Source: Piedraia hortae CBS 480.64 (taxonomy: Eukaryota). From it: a DNA stretch of 41,863 nucleotides. This document shows, piece by piece, positions 18,749 through 28,964 of this stretch. A program made the position numbers and the translations under genes. The notes beneath the pieces are model-generated. The model made no database searches. It worked only from the letters and a program-made list of their open reading frames with translations, and had not been told where the DNA came from. The stretch spans positions 3,854 through 45,716 of the forward strand of contig MU006041.1 in assembly GCA_010093745.1 (NCBI GenBank), in the 5' to 3' direction. The first letter of the stretch is position 1, and the number at the start of each line of letters is the position of its first letter.

Positions 18749-21292
18749 ATGGCACCAAAACGCAAGGCAGCAAGCAGCGGCGGGCGACCAGCAAAGCGCG
18801 GAACATCAGCGACGGGCACGCCCGTTCCCTTGGACAGCGACGATGACTACAGCGCCAGCTCGTCTGACGGGCGCACGCCCACGCAAACGACGGCACGACA
18901 AGCACCAGACAAGCGCCAGTTTGACGAAGTAGTGAAGAAATACCAACCGTCAACATACAGCCAGAAAACAAATCGGGCGGCAGACAAGTTCAGCGGCCTC
19001 TTCAAACAGGACCACGACTTCTCGGACGAAGCACTGAAACCGGACCACGCCGTGCGTCCGCTATGGATCAACCCCGTCTCGGGACGCGTCGTGCTGGAGA
19101 CTTTCTCGCCGAGCTTCCGGGCTGCGCAAAACTTCCTGATCAACATAGCTGAGCCGCAGAGCCGCACGGCGCACATGCACGAATACACCATCAGCCCGCA
19201 CAGCCTATTCGCTGCCGTCTCCGTGGGGCTGACGGAGAAGGACATTATCCGCCAGCTGGACCTTTTTTCCAAGATGAAGGTGCCGGAGAGCATCATCGAG
19301 TTTGTGCATCAGGTTACGCAGTCGTTTGGGAAGATTCGTCTCGTTTTGAAGCATAATCGGTACTACATTGAGAGCCCCGATGCGAACGTGCTGCAGATGC
19401 TGCTGCGGGATCCCGTGATCATACCGTGTAGGGTCGAGAGCTCGACGGAGGCGCTGCGGACGGAAAAGGCGTCGAAACGGGCGGGGTTAATCATACCCGG
19501 GACGAAAGATGCGACGCAAAATAAAGAGGCTGCGGCGAGGATGGAGCAGAAGAAACGGGACGAGGAGGATTCGGATGACGAGTACGGAGGCAAGGAAATG
19601 GAGCAAGATATGCAGCAGCTTATGGTGGAAGACGAAGAGGAGGAGGAAGAGGAAGAGCAGGAACGGGTGCACTCTTTTGAAATCGACGGTAGCAAGATCC
19701 AGATTGTGCAGGAACACTGCAACGTGAAGCTCAAGCTGCCACTGACCGAAGAGTACGATTTCAGAGCAGACGAGCAGAATCCGACGCTGGACATTGATTT
19801 AAAACCCAGCACGTTGATTCGATATTACCAGGAGCACGCCCTTAGCAAGATGTTTGGTAATGGTCGCGCACGGAGCGGCATTATTGTGCTGCCCTGTGGA
19901 GCGGGAAAGACGCTCGTAGGCATCACGGCAGCGTGCACAGAAAAGAAGAGCGTAATTGTGCTGTGCACCTCAGCCACCAGCGCCGGCCAGTGGAGGACAG
20001 AGTTCATCAAGTGGTCCAACATCAACCCGGACGATGTGATAATCTTTACTTCTACCGAAAAGGGAAGAGTGCCGGACCGCGCGTGCGTGATCATATGCAC
20101 GTATAGTATGGTGACGCAGCGGGCGGCGCGGGCATACGACAGCAAGAAGACCATGGACGAGATCGTCGCTCGCGAATGGGGGCTCATGATTCTGGATGAA
20201 GTCCACGTCGTTCCTGCAGAGATGTTCCGCAAGGTCACTAACCGTATCAAGACACACTCGAAGCTGGGGCTGACGGCGACGCTGCTCCGCGAAGATGACA
20301 AGATCAAAGACCTGAACTTCCTCATCGGTCCCAAGCTGTACGAAGCCAACTGGCAGCAGCTCAGCGAGGAGGGCCACATTGCTCGGGTTCAGTGTGCAGA
20401 GGTCTGGTGTCCGATGACGACCGAGTTCTACTCGGAATACATCAAACAGGGCACGAGCGTCAACCGACGCAGTCTTCTGTCCACCATGAACCCTCGCAAG
20501 TTCCAAGCATGTCAGTTCCTCATCGACTTTCACGAGCGACGTGGCGACAAGATCATCGTCTTCTCCGATAACGTTTACGCCCTACAGCAGTACGCCACTG
20601 GGTTAGGTAAGCCGTACATTTACGGCGACACGAACCAACGCGAGCGCGAAATGGTGCTGCAAAACTTTCAGTACAACGACCGCGTGTCGACCATTTTCCT
20701 CTCCAAAATCGGCGATACCTCGTTGGATCTGCCAGAAGCTACCTGTCTCATCCAGATCTCGAGCCACTACGGCTCGCGAAGACAAGAAGCGCAGCGACTC
20801 GGACGCATCCTGCGGGCCAAACGACGTAACGACGAGGGGTTCAACGCGTTTTTCTATTCGCTCGTCTCGAAAGATACGAACGAAATGTACTACTCCTCCA
20901 AAAGACAAGCGTTTCTAGTAGACCAGGGGTACGCGTTCAAAGTCATCACGCATCTGCGCGATATGGACAAGTTGCGGGGTTTGTGCTTTACAACAGCCGA
21001 GGAACGCAGATCTCTGCTTACAGACGTGTTACTTCAAGGCGAGATGGTAGCAGACGAGGAGAAAGTTGTTGACGATTTGTTCTCGACGAAGAGAACGACG
21101 AGGAAAAAGCCCGTTGTAAAAAGACAGGCGGCCTTGCTGTCTAGTCTCGCGGGAGGAGAGAGTATGGCATATCAAGAGCGTAACAAAAAGGCAGTGAATA
21201 AGATGCCTCCCGCACCGACCAACGATTTCTTCAAAAAAGAAGAGAGAGACAGAATAAGAAGAAAGAAGGCGGCGAGGGATATGATGGGATGA
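18749..21292 (+). CDS. SSL2: TFIIH DNA helicase/translocase Ssl2/Rad25 (XPB); intronless
   Basis: Motifs RSGIIVLPCGAGKTLVG, ILDEVH, LGLTATLLREDDKI (RED) and QEAQRLGRILRAK. Confidence 0.97.
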   Translation: MAPKRKAASSGGRPAKRGTSATGTPVPLDSDDDYSASSSDGRTPTQTTARQAPDKRQFDEVVKKYQPSTYSQKTNRAADKFSGLFKQDHDFSDEALKPDHAVRPLWINPVSGRVVLETFSPSFRAAQNFLINIAEPQSRTAHMHEYTISPHSLFAAVSVGLTEKDIIRQLDLFSKMKVPESIIEFVHQVTQSFGKIRLVLKHNRYYIESPDANVLQMLLRDPVIIPCRVESSTEALRTEKASKRAGLIIPGTKDATQNKEAAARMEQKKRDEEDSDDEYGGKEMEQDMQQLMVEDEEEEEEEEQERVHSFEIDGSKIQIVQEHCNVKLKLPLTEEYDFRADEQNPTLDIDLKPSTLIRYYQEHALSKMFGNGRARSGIIVLPCGAGKTLVGITAACTEKKSVIVLCTSATSAGQWRTEFIKWSNINPDDVIIFTSTEKGRVPDRACVIICTYSMVTQRAARAYDSKKTMDEIVAREWGLMILDEVHVVPAEMFRKVTNRIKTHSKLGLTATLLREDDKIKDLNFLIGPKLYEANWQQLSEEGHIARVQCAEVWCPMTTEFYSEYIKQGTSVNRRSLLSTMNPRKFQACQFLIDFHERRGDKIIVFSDNVYALQQYATGLGKPYIYGDTNQREREMVLQNFQYNDRVSTIFLSKIGDTSLDLPEATCLIQISSHYGSRRQEAQRLGRILRAKRRNDEGFNAFFYSLVSKDTNEMYYSSKRQAFLVDQGYAFKVITHLRDMDKLRGLCFTTAEERRSLLTDVLLQGEMVADEEKVVDDLFSTKRTTRKKPVVKRQAALLSSLAGGESMAYQERNKKAVNKMPPAPTNDFFKKEERDRIRRKKAARDMMG

Positions 21293-21321
21293 TCCCATTC
21301 ATCCCAATAGGCATGGATATA

Positions 21322-22323
21322 TCACGCAACCAACCTCCCCTTAACCCTGTTTAACTCCCCCTCAGAAACGCCACACCTCCGAACCAAATACGCCTCCACC
21401 CCCCCTTCCTTCTCGTCCAAAAACCCACACACCCTGCCCTCCCACCCGGGTTCACAATCCGCAAACCCCTCCGGAAGACCCATATCCCTCAACTCCACAA
21501 CCTTCTCCTCCCTCTCACTCACCAACCCATCCTCGCTCGACGCATAATCCCTCCCCACATCCCCAACCCCAACTCCCACCAACCTCAAAAGCAGCAGAAC
21601 AACCAACCCCGTTCGATCCTTCCCTTGGGAACAATGCACAAGTACGGGCCAATTCCGCTCTTCACTGAATAGAGAAAAGAGGTGTCTAATTTCCTTGGTA
21701 GAGGAGAGGAGGGTATCGATCGCCAAGCCCCCTAGTCCGCGGGGTGTCATGACTTGGCTTCCCAAGATGGAGATGGCGGGTTTGGGGGAGCCGGTCACGT
21801 AGAGGAATGCGAGTTTGGCTTTTTGAGGGAAGGGGAGGTGGGAGAGGAGGCGGCGGGTGTAGGCTGGGCCGTTGAGGTTTATCCGGTGGGTGATTGCTGT
21901 CAAGGGGGTGGGGGGTTGGTTGGGCTTGTGGTGGTGGTGGTGGTGGTGGTGGCGGTCGTCGTCGTCGTCGTGGTCGTGGGATTTTGAGGATGTATTGTTC
22001 TCGCCCGCGAGGGGCGTTGTGTCTACCTCCGGCACCGCATCAGGCCTCGCATCGGGCACAACCCCCGGTGTGGGGGCATTACTCTTCTCCGCTTCGGCAT
22101 GTTCCGTAGGTGTTCGGAGGTCGATGATGGTTTTAATCCCCAACGTGTCGCGCAGGAGGGAGATGTCATGAGGCGTTGCCGCATCTGGGCGCGCGCTGCG
22201 GAAGAGGATGCCTTGTTTTAATACCGGTCTTGTGGTGGTAGAGTCGCTTTGCGCGGGGAGGGAATTGATTGTTGCGCCGACGTCGCGGAAGTTGAGGATT
22301 CGGTCAAAGTTTATCTTGGACAT
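21322..22323 (-). CDS. Tyrosine/serine protein phosphatase (Y_phosphatase3 / IphP-like)
   Basis: Motifs ILNFRDVG, LFRSA, GIKTIIDLRT and the catalytic loop VLVHCSQGKDRTG. Confidence 0.9.
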   Translation of the reverse strand: MSKINFDRILNFRDVGATINSLPAQSDSTTTRPVLKQGILFRSARPDAATPHDISLLRDTLGIKTIIDLRTPTEHAEAEKSNAPTPGVVPDARPDAVPEVDTTPLAGENNTSSKSHDHDDDDDRHHHHHHHHKPNQPPTPLTAITHRINLNGPAYTRRLLSHLPFPQKAKLAFLYVTGSPKPAISILGSQVMTPRGLGGLAIDTLLSSTKEIRHLFSLFSEERNWPVLVHCSQGKDRTGLVVLLLLRLVGVGVGDVGRDYASSEDGLVSEREEKVVELRDMGLPEGFADCEPGWEGRVCGFLDEKEGGVEAYLVRRCGVSEGELNRVKGRLVA

Positions 22324-22508
22324 GCTTATCTGGGTTGACTGGTGGATCTCTGACGTCGAAGTGACGAATATCTAATACCAGAATGGCGGATTAAGACGGC
22401 GGGATTCCATCGCTCCATCGCGTACAGTCCGCTGTCATCAATCAATTAGGGTTGGGTCCCACTCGGAAGCCCGACCTCACCTCTTTCCCCCAACACCACA
22501 ACACGACA

Positions 22509-23044
22509 ATGAACCGCGCTCTCCGCATCGCAACGCGCATCCGCACGCCCGTCGTCCCCCGTCGGGGCTATGCCGACGTTGCGCCGGATAAGCTCCGCCT
22601 CACCTTGGCGCTGCCGCACCAGTCCCTCTTCAAGTCGACCGACGTCGTGCAGGTGAACATTCCCGCCGAGAGCGGCGAAATGGGTGTCTTGGCATCGCAT
22701 GTGCCCGTAATCGAACAGCTTAAACCCGGACTCGTTGAGATTGTCGAGGAGAACGGCGGGGTCAAGAAATTTTTCCTTTCGGGTGGATTCGCGACCGTGC
22801 AGCCGGGAAGTAAGATGCACATCAACGCTGTTGAGGGGTACGAATTGGAGAATTTTGATGAGGGCGCCATTAGGGCTCAGCTCGAGGAGTGTAGAAAAGT
22901 AGCCAATGGACAAGGGAGCGAGGTTGATAAAGCTGAGGCTGTTGTTGAGATGGAGGTGAGTTTTTTGATGTCTCTGTGGATGAATGGGTAGGGATGCTAA
23001 CGCGGCAGTAGGTGCTAGAAAGTTTGCAGGCAGCGCTCAAGTAG
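22509..23044 (+). CDS. ATP16: Mitochondrial F1 ATP synthase delta subunit; exons 22509-22955 and 23012-23044
   Basis: Presequence ending RRGYA, then VVQVNIPAESGEMGVLASHVP and FFLSGGFA. Intron 22956-23011 (GTGAGT...GCTAAC...TAG) gives the terminal VLESLQAALK*. Confidence 0.95.
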
Positions 23045-23124
23045 ATTCTCAGAGACGTGTATTGTATTCGAGTCAACATATCTAACAGTCACAGCATCAG
23101 TCGTAATTACTTGGTATCAACAGT

Positions 23125-25881
23125 CTATTGAAACTCCACCCTCCCGCCGGTATTAGAACCCCGCGAAGCCTCAAGCCTCCTTGCTCTCTCCGCTCTACGT
23201 CGTCTTCTATTATCTGCAAAGGCGGACACGTCCGTTCCCGTGCCCGCCGTGCCCGGTGAACCAGAAAGCCCGCTACCTATGAACGGTGGCGCCGGCGGGC
23301 TCAATATGCCCTGTTGCGAGGGCATGTGTTGCTGCCGCGGACTCGCGTGTTGCGGTGGGAGCGGAGGCATATGAGCCACCTGAGGTGGAGGCAGCGGACC
23401 TCCTTGCGAACCTCCCTGCGTCGGGATGCCCTGTGGAACGTTTGGCTGGACGTTCTGCTGCACATTTGGCGGCGGCAAGTCCAACTCGCTGCCCTGTCTC
23501 ATTGGCGGCGGCCGCGGAACGGCTTGTATCGGCTGCTGGCTGCTTGCTTGGCTTCTCCGTCTCCTACCATGTCTTCCCGAAGGCGCGTCCGACTCCACGT
23601 TACTCTGACTGCCGTCCCCTACGCGCTGGAACGTGACGTGGTCTCCGTCGCGATGCATCCTCACTCGCACGTTGACCGGCAGTTGGGCCGTGCCCACCGC
23701 TGATGCGCTTTCTGCCGTTAGAGGCATGCTGCTGACGTCGCTGCCGCGTCTGTTATGTCGATTGCGCGAAGGTGAAGAGTCTGCCCGTGACGACCGTCTT
23801 CGTCTTTGACGGCCTTGTGCGTCTGTGAGGATGCGGCTAGGGTCGGGTTGGGCGGGTCCCTCGGGCATTTGTACGCTCCCAGGCACGACCGGGTAATCCG
23901 GACGCTGCTGCTGCATAGGTGGGGGACCAGGCGGAGGCGGTGGCAGAGAGTAGTTGCCCTGTCCAGCGTTTGCCGTGTTGGTATATCCACTGGCTGTCGG
24001 GGCACTGGTGTAGCCGCTGGTGGGACCACTGGTATATGCACTGGCAGTACCGGTATAGCCACTGGTAGGTCCGCTGGTAAAAGCGCTCGGGGAACCCGTC
24101 GTATATGCACTGGGATTGGTTTGTCCACTCGTCGGGACAGTGCTCGCCCCCGTGGGCAGCGGTGGGTGGAACGAATTCGGCCGGTTCAGAGCCAATTCAG
24201 GATTGCTTCCTTGGAAACCTGGACCGGGATCCTGAGTTACGCCCGTCATGACTGTGCCGTCAAGGCTCGGTCTCGGACGGGTGGCATCGGACTGCTGAGG
24301 ATAGTGCCTCCCCGTTCTCCGGTTATAAAGTTCCTCCTCCTCCAGCTGCTGCCGCCGCAAGCGATCATCCTTTTGCCATTGCTGACGCTGTCTTCGGTGC
24401 TTGTTCCACTCTCTGAAGCCAGCCACGGCGCCAAAGGTGGCTATGCTCTGACGCAGTGTTGGACCGCCTTCTTCGTCAAAGTAGCTGGATTCTGGGCCCG
24501 GAGATATCATGCTCTCCTCCTCGGCCGGTCCTGGAGGTCGACGCATTGGCGTCTGCGTGGGAGACATTGGGCCCACGTTATTCATCGGTGGCCGCGCATT
24601 TCCAGGAGACATGGGAACTTGGCCCTGTTGAACTCTGGACACATCGCCTTGGCTGACCATGTTGTGCACTCCCCCCGTCGGCGGCTGGTACGGAGTTTCA
24701 TCATATTCGTCTCTTCTTCGACGGTTGAAAAAACTCCGCCATCCGCCCACAGCCGCTGCTCCCGCTCCTGCACCTAGCAACCTTTCCTTCCACGAGTCCC
24801 TGTGTCGTTGGCCATGCTTTTCTCCATCCCAGCTAGGCGTTATATCGCTGCTTATGGACGACGGCAAACGATTCCCTCTGGCGGGCACGCTGCCTGTGCC
24901 ATAAGACACACCGGGTGGCGGGCGGGTCGAGCTGGACGTCACGCCAGAAGGTGGAGGTCTGGTCCGCGGCGGCGGTGTCATGTCAGAGCCTTCCCAATCC
25001 GAGGCCGCATCCCTCCTGTTCCGCCGGTGCTTATACGCCTTGTACGCGCCCAGTGCACCGCCTGCTACCAAAGCATCCCGTCCCCAGTGATGTGAGGATT
25101 CTGGGTGATCAGATGGTCCCGTAAAGTCAGTCCTTGGCCCCGAGCTTGACACATAACTCGAAAAGTCGGACTCGGCGTTGTCGTAGCCGTATCTCAGCGG
25201 TCGCTTTTCATAATAATATCGGTCCAGGCCGAGGTAAAGCAGCAGCAATAGCGCAGACCAAATGGCGAAGAGAATAAACAGCACCTTTGGGCTGCCGTAG
25301 ACCGTCAGGCCCAGCGCAATCTCCACGATACCAAGCAGTGCGATGGCGCGTCCCAGCAGACGATGCAGCCAGACTTTCATCGGCACCCGATTCGGCACTG
25401 CGCCTCGTTTCATCTCTATGCGGCTCATCATCAGTCCGTACAGGAACTGGAACCATATGGCTGCGTACAGCGCGAGGCCGACAACATGATGGGGATTTGT
25501 GAGGCTCCGTTTGGGGCCCACGGCGAACCATCCCAGCACAAACGCGACAGTCGTCAAAAACAGCGTCAGGATCTGGAGATTGATGTGCATCTTCACTGCT
25601 CTCCGGCCCCCCGTGCGCCAGTATTTCGCGCTCCATATGGCCAGCGGCACGATGAACAAGAACACCAGCGTCGCAATGACTCCATGCGCGACAATCAAGC
25701 GGTGATATCCCGGCTGGTTGTGAAATCGGTTGCCCATGCCGTTGTAGCGCATCGTCTTGAAGTTGACGCCGACGAGCGGCGGCAGCAGAAACGTGTCGCG
25801 ATCATGATCCCACGTCCCGTCGCCAATGTGCAGTGTCGGCGAGTCGTACGTACTGCTGCCGGGGGGAGAAAGGTTCGACAT
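23125..25881 (-). CDS. Cytochrome b561-like multi-TM domain protein with a long disordered Pro/Ser/Arg-rich C-terminal tail (918 aa)
   Basis: Five hydrophobic segments with spaced His residues (IVAHGVIA, KMHINLQ, NPHHVVG, WLHRLLGR), as in b561 heme ligation, followed by a ~690-aa low-complexity tail. Confidence 0.75.
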   Translation of the reverse strand: MSNLSPPGSSTYDSPTLHIGDGTWDHDRDTFLLPPLVGVNFKTMRYNGMGNRFHNQPGYHRLIVAHGVIATLVFLFIVPLAIWSAKYWRTGGRRAVKMHINLQILTLFLTTVAFVLGWFAVGPKRSLTNPHHVVGLALYAAIWFQFLYGLMMSRIEMKRGAVPNRVPMKVWLHRLLGRAIALLGIVEIALGLTVYGSPKVLFILFAIWSALLLLLYLGLDRYYYEKRPLRYGYDNAESDFSSYVSSSGPRTDFTGPSDHPESSHHWGRDALVAGGALGAYKAYKHRRNRRDAASDWEGSDMTPPPRTRPPPSGVTSSSTRPPPGVSYGTGSVPARGNRLPSSISSDITPSWDGEKHGQRHRDSWKERLLGAGAGAAAVGGWRSFFNRRRRDEYDETPYQPPTGGVHNMVSQGDVSRVQQGQVPMSPGNARPPMNNVGPMSPTQTPMRRPPGPAEEESMISPGPESSYFDEEGGPTLRQSIATFGAVAGFREWNKHRRQRQQWQKDDRLRRQQLEEEELYNRRTGRHYPQQSDATRPRPSLDGTVMTGVTQDPGPGFQGSNPELALNRPNSFHPPLPTGASTVPTSGQTNPSAYTTGSPSAFTSGPTSGYTGTASAYTSGPTSGYTSAPTASGYTNTANAGQGNYSLPPPPPGPPPMQQQRPDYPVVPGSVQMPEGPAQPDPSRILTDAQGRQRRRRSSRADSSPSRNRHNRRGSDVSSMPLTAESASAVGTAQLPVNVRVRMHRDGDHVTFQRVGDGSQSNVESDAPSGRHGRRRRSQASSQQPIQAVPRPPPMRQGSELDLPPPNVQQNVQPNVPQGIPTQGGSQGGPLPPPQVAHMPPLPPQHASPRQQHMPSQQGILSPPAPPFIGSGLSGSPGTAGTGTDVSAFADNRRRRRAERARRLEASRGSNTGGRVEFQ

Positions 25882-26361
25882 CCCGGCGACAGTCTGTCAA
25901 ACCGAGCCGTGGACACTCTGTCCGTTGAGACCAATCGATTCCAGTGTATGGGGGCGAGTCTACTGTCCCATTACGTGTGGCGCAGTGGGTCAGCGCAAAA
26001 AAGTTGGAGGGTGGAGCTGCAGCCAACAACAGCGTACCGTTGCCAAGGGTGATTGCCATCATGTCGTCATCGTTGCCAATTTTGGGCTTTAGCGCAAGTC
26101 ACTCATCCATATCGTGCTGCGCCTTTTGATGTTGCGCATTTGATATTTGTGTCTTTGGTGCGGCTCACCTACATACTTGGTCGATTCAGTCATCCCTTTC
26201 CTCCCCATAGTTTACAGCACAACAATGAAAGATACAAAAAGTACAAATGTCCTTCCGACAGCGCTGATTAGGATGAAAATGTTTCATTACACCGCATAAA
26301 GAGTCGAAGGGGAACATTTACAAGTGTTTTGAGGCAATGTGCAACTGTTCGATTGAATTTG

Positions 26362-26455
<94 letters not shown>
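26362..26455. repeat. (TCA)31 microsatellite
   Basis: Perfect trinucleotide run of 94 nt, intergenic. Confidence 0.97.
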
Positions 26456-27785
26456 GAGTGCGTATTCAATGGTCAAGTATTGTAAAAGCTGCCAGGAAGT
26501 GGAAATGTCTATACATCGTGCAGGTCGCCGTAGTACTAAGTCAATTTACCGACATGATGCTTGCACGTCCGTTTTGTCGCTATTATTACACTCACAACAG
26601 GATATACTCCTCCCGTCGGAGATTGTTTACTGTTCTATCAACTCACACCTCTTTTCCTGCAACGCTTTACCGGTATTAGACCCAGCAACGCTCCGAGCTG
26701 ACCGATTTCGAAAATCTTAAGTTACGTACGATAGCGTGAAGGTTTCGCCTGATGGTCTGATTCACCCTAGAGTGTTCGCGAAGGACGGTTCATATATTTT
26801 GAACCTTTTGTTTGGAGGTAGCCTGCCATTGACCCCGACGCAGCCTCCAATGGCGCACGCCTACGACCCTACACGTCTACAATGCAAGAATTGGTTCGCA
26901 TGGATTACGACTTTCACATGGAAAGTTTTGAAGATAGCCAGCTACTGCCCCCTGGCCTAATACTCTCGTTGCGCAAATGTATTTGAACCATCCACATGAA
27001 GACGCCGGGCATCGTTTAACAACATCACAGGCACCCCGGTGTCTAGTAATTTAACGCTAATCCACGCATATGTCGGCCAGTTTTTGCTTCGGCCGTCTTT
27101 GCCTCTGAGCCTCCAGGGTTTGTACAAGAAAGATCAAAGAACAGTTATTCTTGCGAACTTTAGACTTGAACAACACACCGGGCGATTTCTACAACAGACA
27201 TGCGCTTTGTATAGATGTCGATGAGTGGATGGAAGCGAATGAGTACGCTACTTGCATAGTAGATGACGATGTTGAGGGTTGGACCCGTCACAGGGACGTT
27301 ACTCGACAGGCGTGGTTAGATGGTACTATGGTCGATCCTGGTTACAGCGGACCCATCTGGCGCGGTGACTCAGTCCACTAACAGTGGAGACAAAACAGGT
27401 ATGGGGCGCTGAAAATCCGCTATAAGTTCCTCATGGTCATTTGTCCGCCACGTTGTCCCCACGTGCTGCTGTCTCTTGGAAGGTGTTGGAACGAGTAAAA
27501 GGAACCAGGGGAAGGTTAAGAGGACAGGAGCACAGCGTCGGAGTGTGACGAAGTAATCAGATGTGAAAGGTTGTCCACCCTTTAGTGTCTTCTAACGCAA
27601 ATTGTATCCCCTTTGGCATGACTTGGCTCTCTGCTTCTCGGCTCTGGTCCATGAAGCATGTTCCTGAAGTTAAGTCGCTCCAGCAGCTAACTTCATCGGG
27701 ATGAGTCTTGGATGTCCGCAGAGGTGCACAAAAAAAAAAAATTTTTTTAAAAAAAAAAATTAATCACGTATGCAGTCTTCCACAA

Positions 27786-28427
27786 ATGCATTACCAGATT
27801 GCAGCCCTTTTGGCCGCCACTCTTGTTGCAGGCAAGTGCCCATCCAATCTTTACATGCCTTACGCTAACCAGTCAGCCGCGCCTGGTGTGCCGCCTGTTG
27901 TCCCCACGCCAACTATGATCGATGCACCTGATGTGCTCATCACAGCCCAAGTCATTACATACGTAGTCGAGCCAATTCAAGGCTCAGCAACGATTGGCGT
28001 CACACGAGTGCCTGGGGCTACAACTTTTGTGCGAACGATGCCTGTCGAGCCACCATTTCCTCCTCAAGAGTCCATTCAGACGGTTCTTCTAGGACCAAAC
28101 ACACGTCCACTACCGATGCCATGGGAGAAATGGCCATTTAACGAAGAACACCCGTTCATAGTTGACGGGCTCAAAGTAATCAAGCCCTACTCGCCAACGG
28201 GAGACAAACTTTGCGACAAGAAGAATTGCTGCCTGTTGACCAAGTGGGAGATGCTGAAACCAAAGTGCTTTTTTAGGCACTGGCATGGCCTTCGACGCAC
28301 TTTTGGGAAAAACAAGGAATTCGGCGACTTTCTCCACGGCTTCTATAAGGGATTCGAGGGAGACATAACGATCTGGAAGGGGTGGCAAAAAGGCGAGACT
28401 TGGAGAGAGGATCGTCTTCCACTTTAA
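27786..28427 (+). CDS. Putative secreted protein of unknown function (213 aa)
   Basis: ATG followed by signal-peptide-like MHYQIAALLAATLVAG, a Pro/Thr-rich middle, and a Cys/Trp/Lys-rich C-terminal part. No recognised family. Confidence 0.65.
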   Translation: MHYQIAALLAATLVAGKCPSNLYMPYANQSAAPGVPPVVPTPTMIDAPDVLITAQVITYVVEPIQGSATIGVTRVPGATTFVRTMPVEPPFPPQESIQTVLLGPNTRPLPMPWEKWPFNEEHPFIVDGLKVIKPYSPTGDKLCDKKNCCLLTKWEMLKPKCFFRHWHGLRRTFGKNKEFGDFLHGFYKGFEGDITIWKGWQKGETWREDRLPL

Positions 28428-28589
28428 CTGACAAACGATCACATGTGGAGGCATGTAAAAATAGTTGCATCATCAGCCTTACATGTGGTTGCTCGTGTAG
28501 CTGCTCTCACATGTTCCGCTGGCAGATGACGCTAGCCTCCGAAAAATGTGCGGAGAACCATGAAAACCTTGTTGCAAGTCCCGGGCTTT

Positions 28590-28621
28590 GGGGTCTGGGG
28601 TCTGGGGTCTGGGGTATGGGG
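28590..28621 (+). repeat. (GGGGTCT)3GGGGTATGGGG tandem repeat, G-quadruplex-forming motif
   Basis: Five GGGG tracts with 3-nt loops. Confidence 0.85.
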
Positions 28622-28964
28622 TTCGGCCCGCACCCCGTACCGTAAGCGGTTGCCAGAAATGAGAAACGCCCAATAGTTGGACATGGACCAGATACGAAGA
28701 GAGATCAAAGACATGCCGAGGGGTAAGAGTGACACTTCAACATGACAGACGCATCCCCACCGTTTCACCGCCATCTCGCATGCGAACAATAGACACGTGC
28801 GTGGCGGGGACAAAAGGCGGAAAGCCCGAGATCCTCGGCGCCACAGTAGGCATGGTGTCCGGACCTGCGCCGTGGTGGCGGCACGATTTACGGGGGGGGG
28901 GCCCAGAATATAATAGAAATGGCCCTCATCAGCTCGTTCATCTCCTCTCGTTCAACCCACCGTG

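Noticed and set aside
22446..22456. TTAGGGTTGGG telomere-like word
   Set aside because: A single imperfect unit in a short promoter; not an array or a telomerase template context.
23806..24777. 323-aa antisense ORF and many other overlapping ORFs within OSH3, SSL2, IDP1, ARP1 and the MFS gene
   Set aside because: They are expected shadows of GC-rich coding sequence and contain no recognisable motifs.
26337..26720. 127-aa ORF with a poly-Ile run
   Set aside because: The run is simply the (TCA)31 microsatellite, and the rest has no protein-like features.
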